From the NCBI RefSeq assembly GCF_988242995.1, contig NZ_OZ547043.1: 64,000 nucleotides of DNA; one strand, 5' to 3'. Position numbers and translations under genes: made by a program. Positions 63,650-64,000 of the stretch are shown in pieces. How positions within the stretch are numbered: the stretch's first letter is position 1; the number at the start of each line of letters is the position of its first letter. The notes under the pieces were generated by a model. That model ran no database searches, was not told where the DNA came from, and was given only the letters and a program-made list of their open reading frames with translations.

Positions 63650-63975
63650 TCCCTGAATCCCCCGAAGGTGAACAATCCAGTGTTCACCCTTCACCGTATA
63701 TTCACCCGTTATCACACTGAAATTAAAAGAGAAAAACGAAAGGTGAACAGTGTGAACAATCAAATCAAAAAAAACTTTTTTTCTTCCTGTGTGATTTTCA
63801 GCACGGGAAATTAATCCCCTGCACAAGTCACACCGGCAGAATGCCGGAGGTGAAGAATCGAATGTTCACCCTTCACCCATTATTCACCACCTATCACTCT
63901 GAAATAAAAGGAGAAAACAGAAAGGTGAACAGTGTGAACAGTTCTTTCGAAAAAAAATTTTTTTCCTGTACGATA
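63650..63975. repeat. crr-like cis replication region: two direct repeats of about 130 bp, period about 185 bp, each carrying TGTTCACC/GGTGAACA iterons
   Basis: Repeat 1 (about 63660-63790) and repeat 2 (about 63845-63970) align nearly base for base (ggtgaacaatccagtgttcaccc... versus ggtgaagaatcgaatgttcaccc...); located just 3' of alpha. Confidence 0.75.
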
Positions 63976-64000
63976 TAGCATCAATCCAAGTAAAAATGCG

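Larger units (their letters stand above)
52370..64000 (+). mobile_element. P4-like phage satellite integrated at the 3' end of ssrA (int - cargo - cos - psu/delta/sid - ori - vis - alpha - crr); right end and attR lie beyond the window
   Basis: Begins immediately after the ssrA CCA end; tyrosine integrase, 19-nt P2/P4 cos sequence, Psu/Delta/Sid-sized ORFs (190/166/244 aa), 777-aa primase-helicase and TGTTCACC iteron clusters, all matching P4 as recalled. Confidence 0.85.

Overview
The window is an Escherichia coli K-12-like chromosomal segment followed by a P4-like phage satellite. Positions 1-52369 are the conserved core interval from rnc to ssrA: rnc-lepB-lepA, rseCBA-rpoE, nadB, srmB, grcA, ung, trxC, patZ, pssA, kgtP, the rrnG rRNA operon on the minus strand (16S, tRNA-Glu, 23S, 5S), clpB, rluD, bamD, raiA, pheL-pheA, tyrA-aroF, the yfiR-dgcN-yfiB module, the rpsP-rimM-trmD-rplS operon, ffh, grpE, nadK, recN, bamE, ratAB, smpB and the tmRNA gene ssrA. 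Gene identities are recalled from protein sequence and synteny; no search was run. Immediately 3' of ssrA (52370 to the window end) lies an integrated P4-like satellite: integrase, 19-nt P2/P4-type cos site, psu-delta-sid, an ori iteron cluster, vis, an alpha-type primase-helicase and a crr repeat region. Between the integrase and cos, where P4 itself carries gop-beta-cII, sits a low-GC two-gene operon (53765-56583) encoding a SIR2-like protein with intact catalytic motifs and a HerA/FtsK-type ATPase. This is the strongest candidate for an anti-phage defense system in the window. It resembles the known SIR2-HerA class, so it may be a new instance rather than a new family; that needs a database search.
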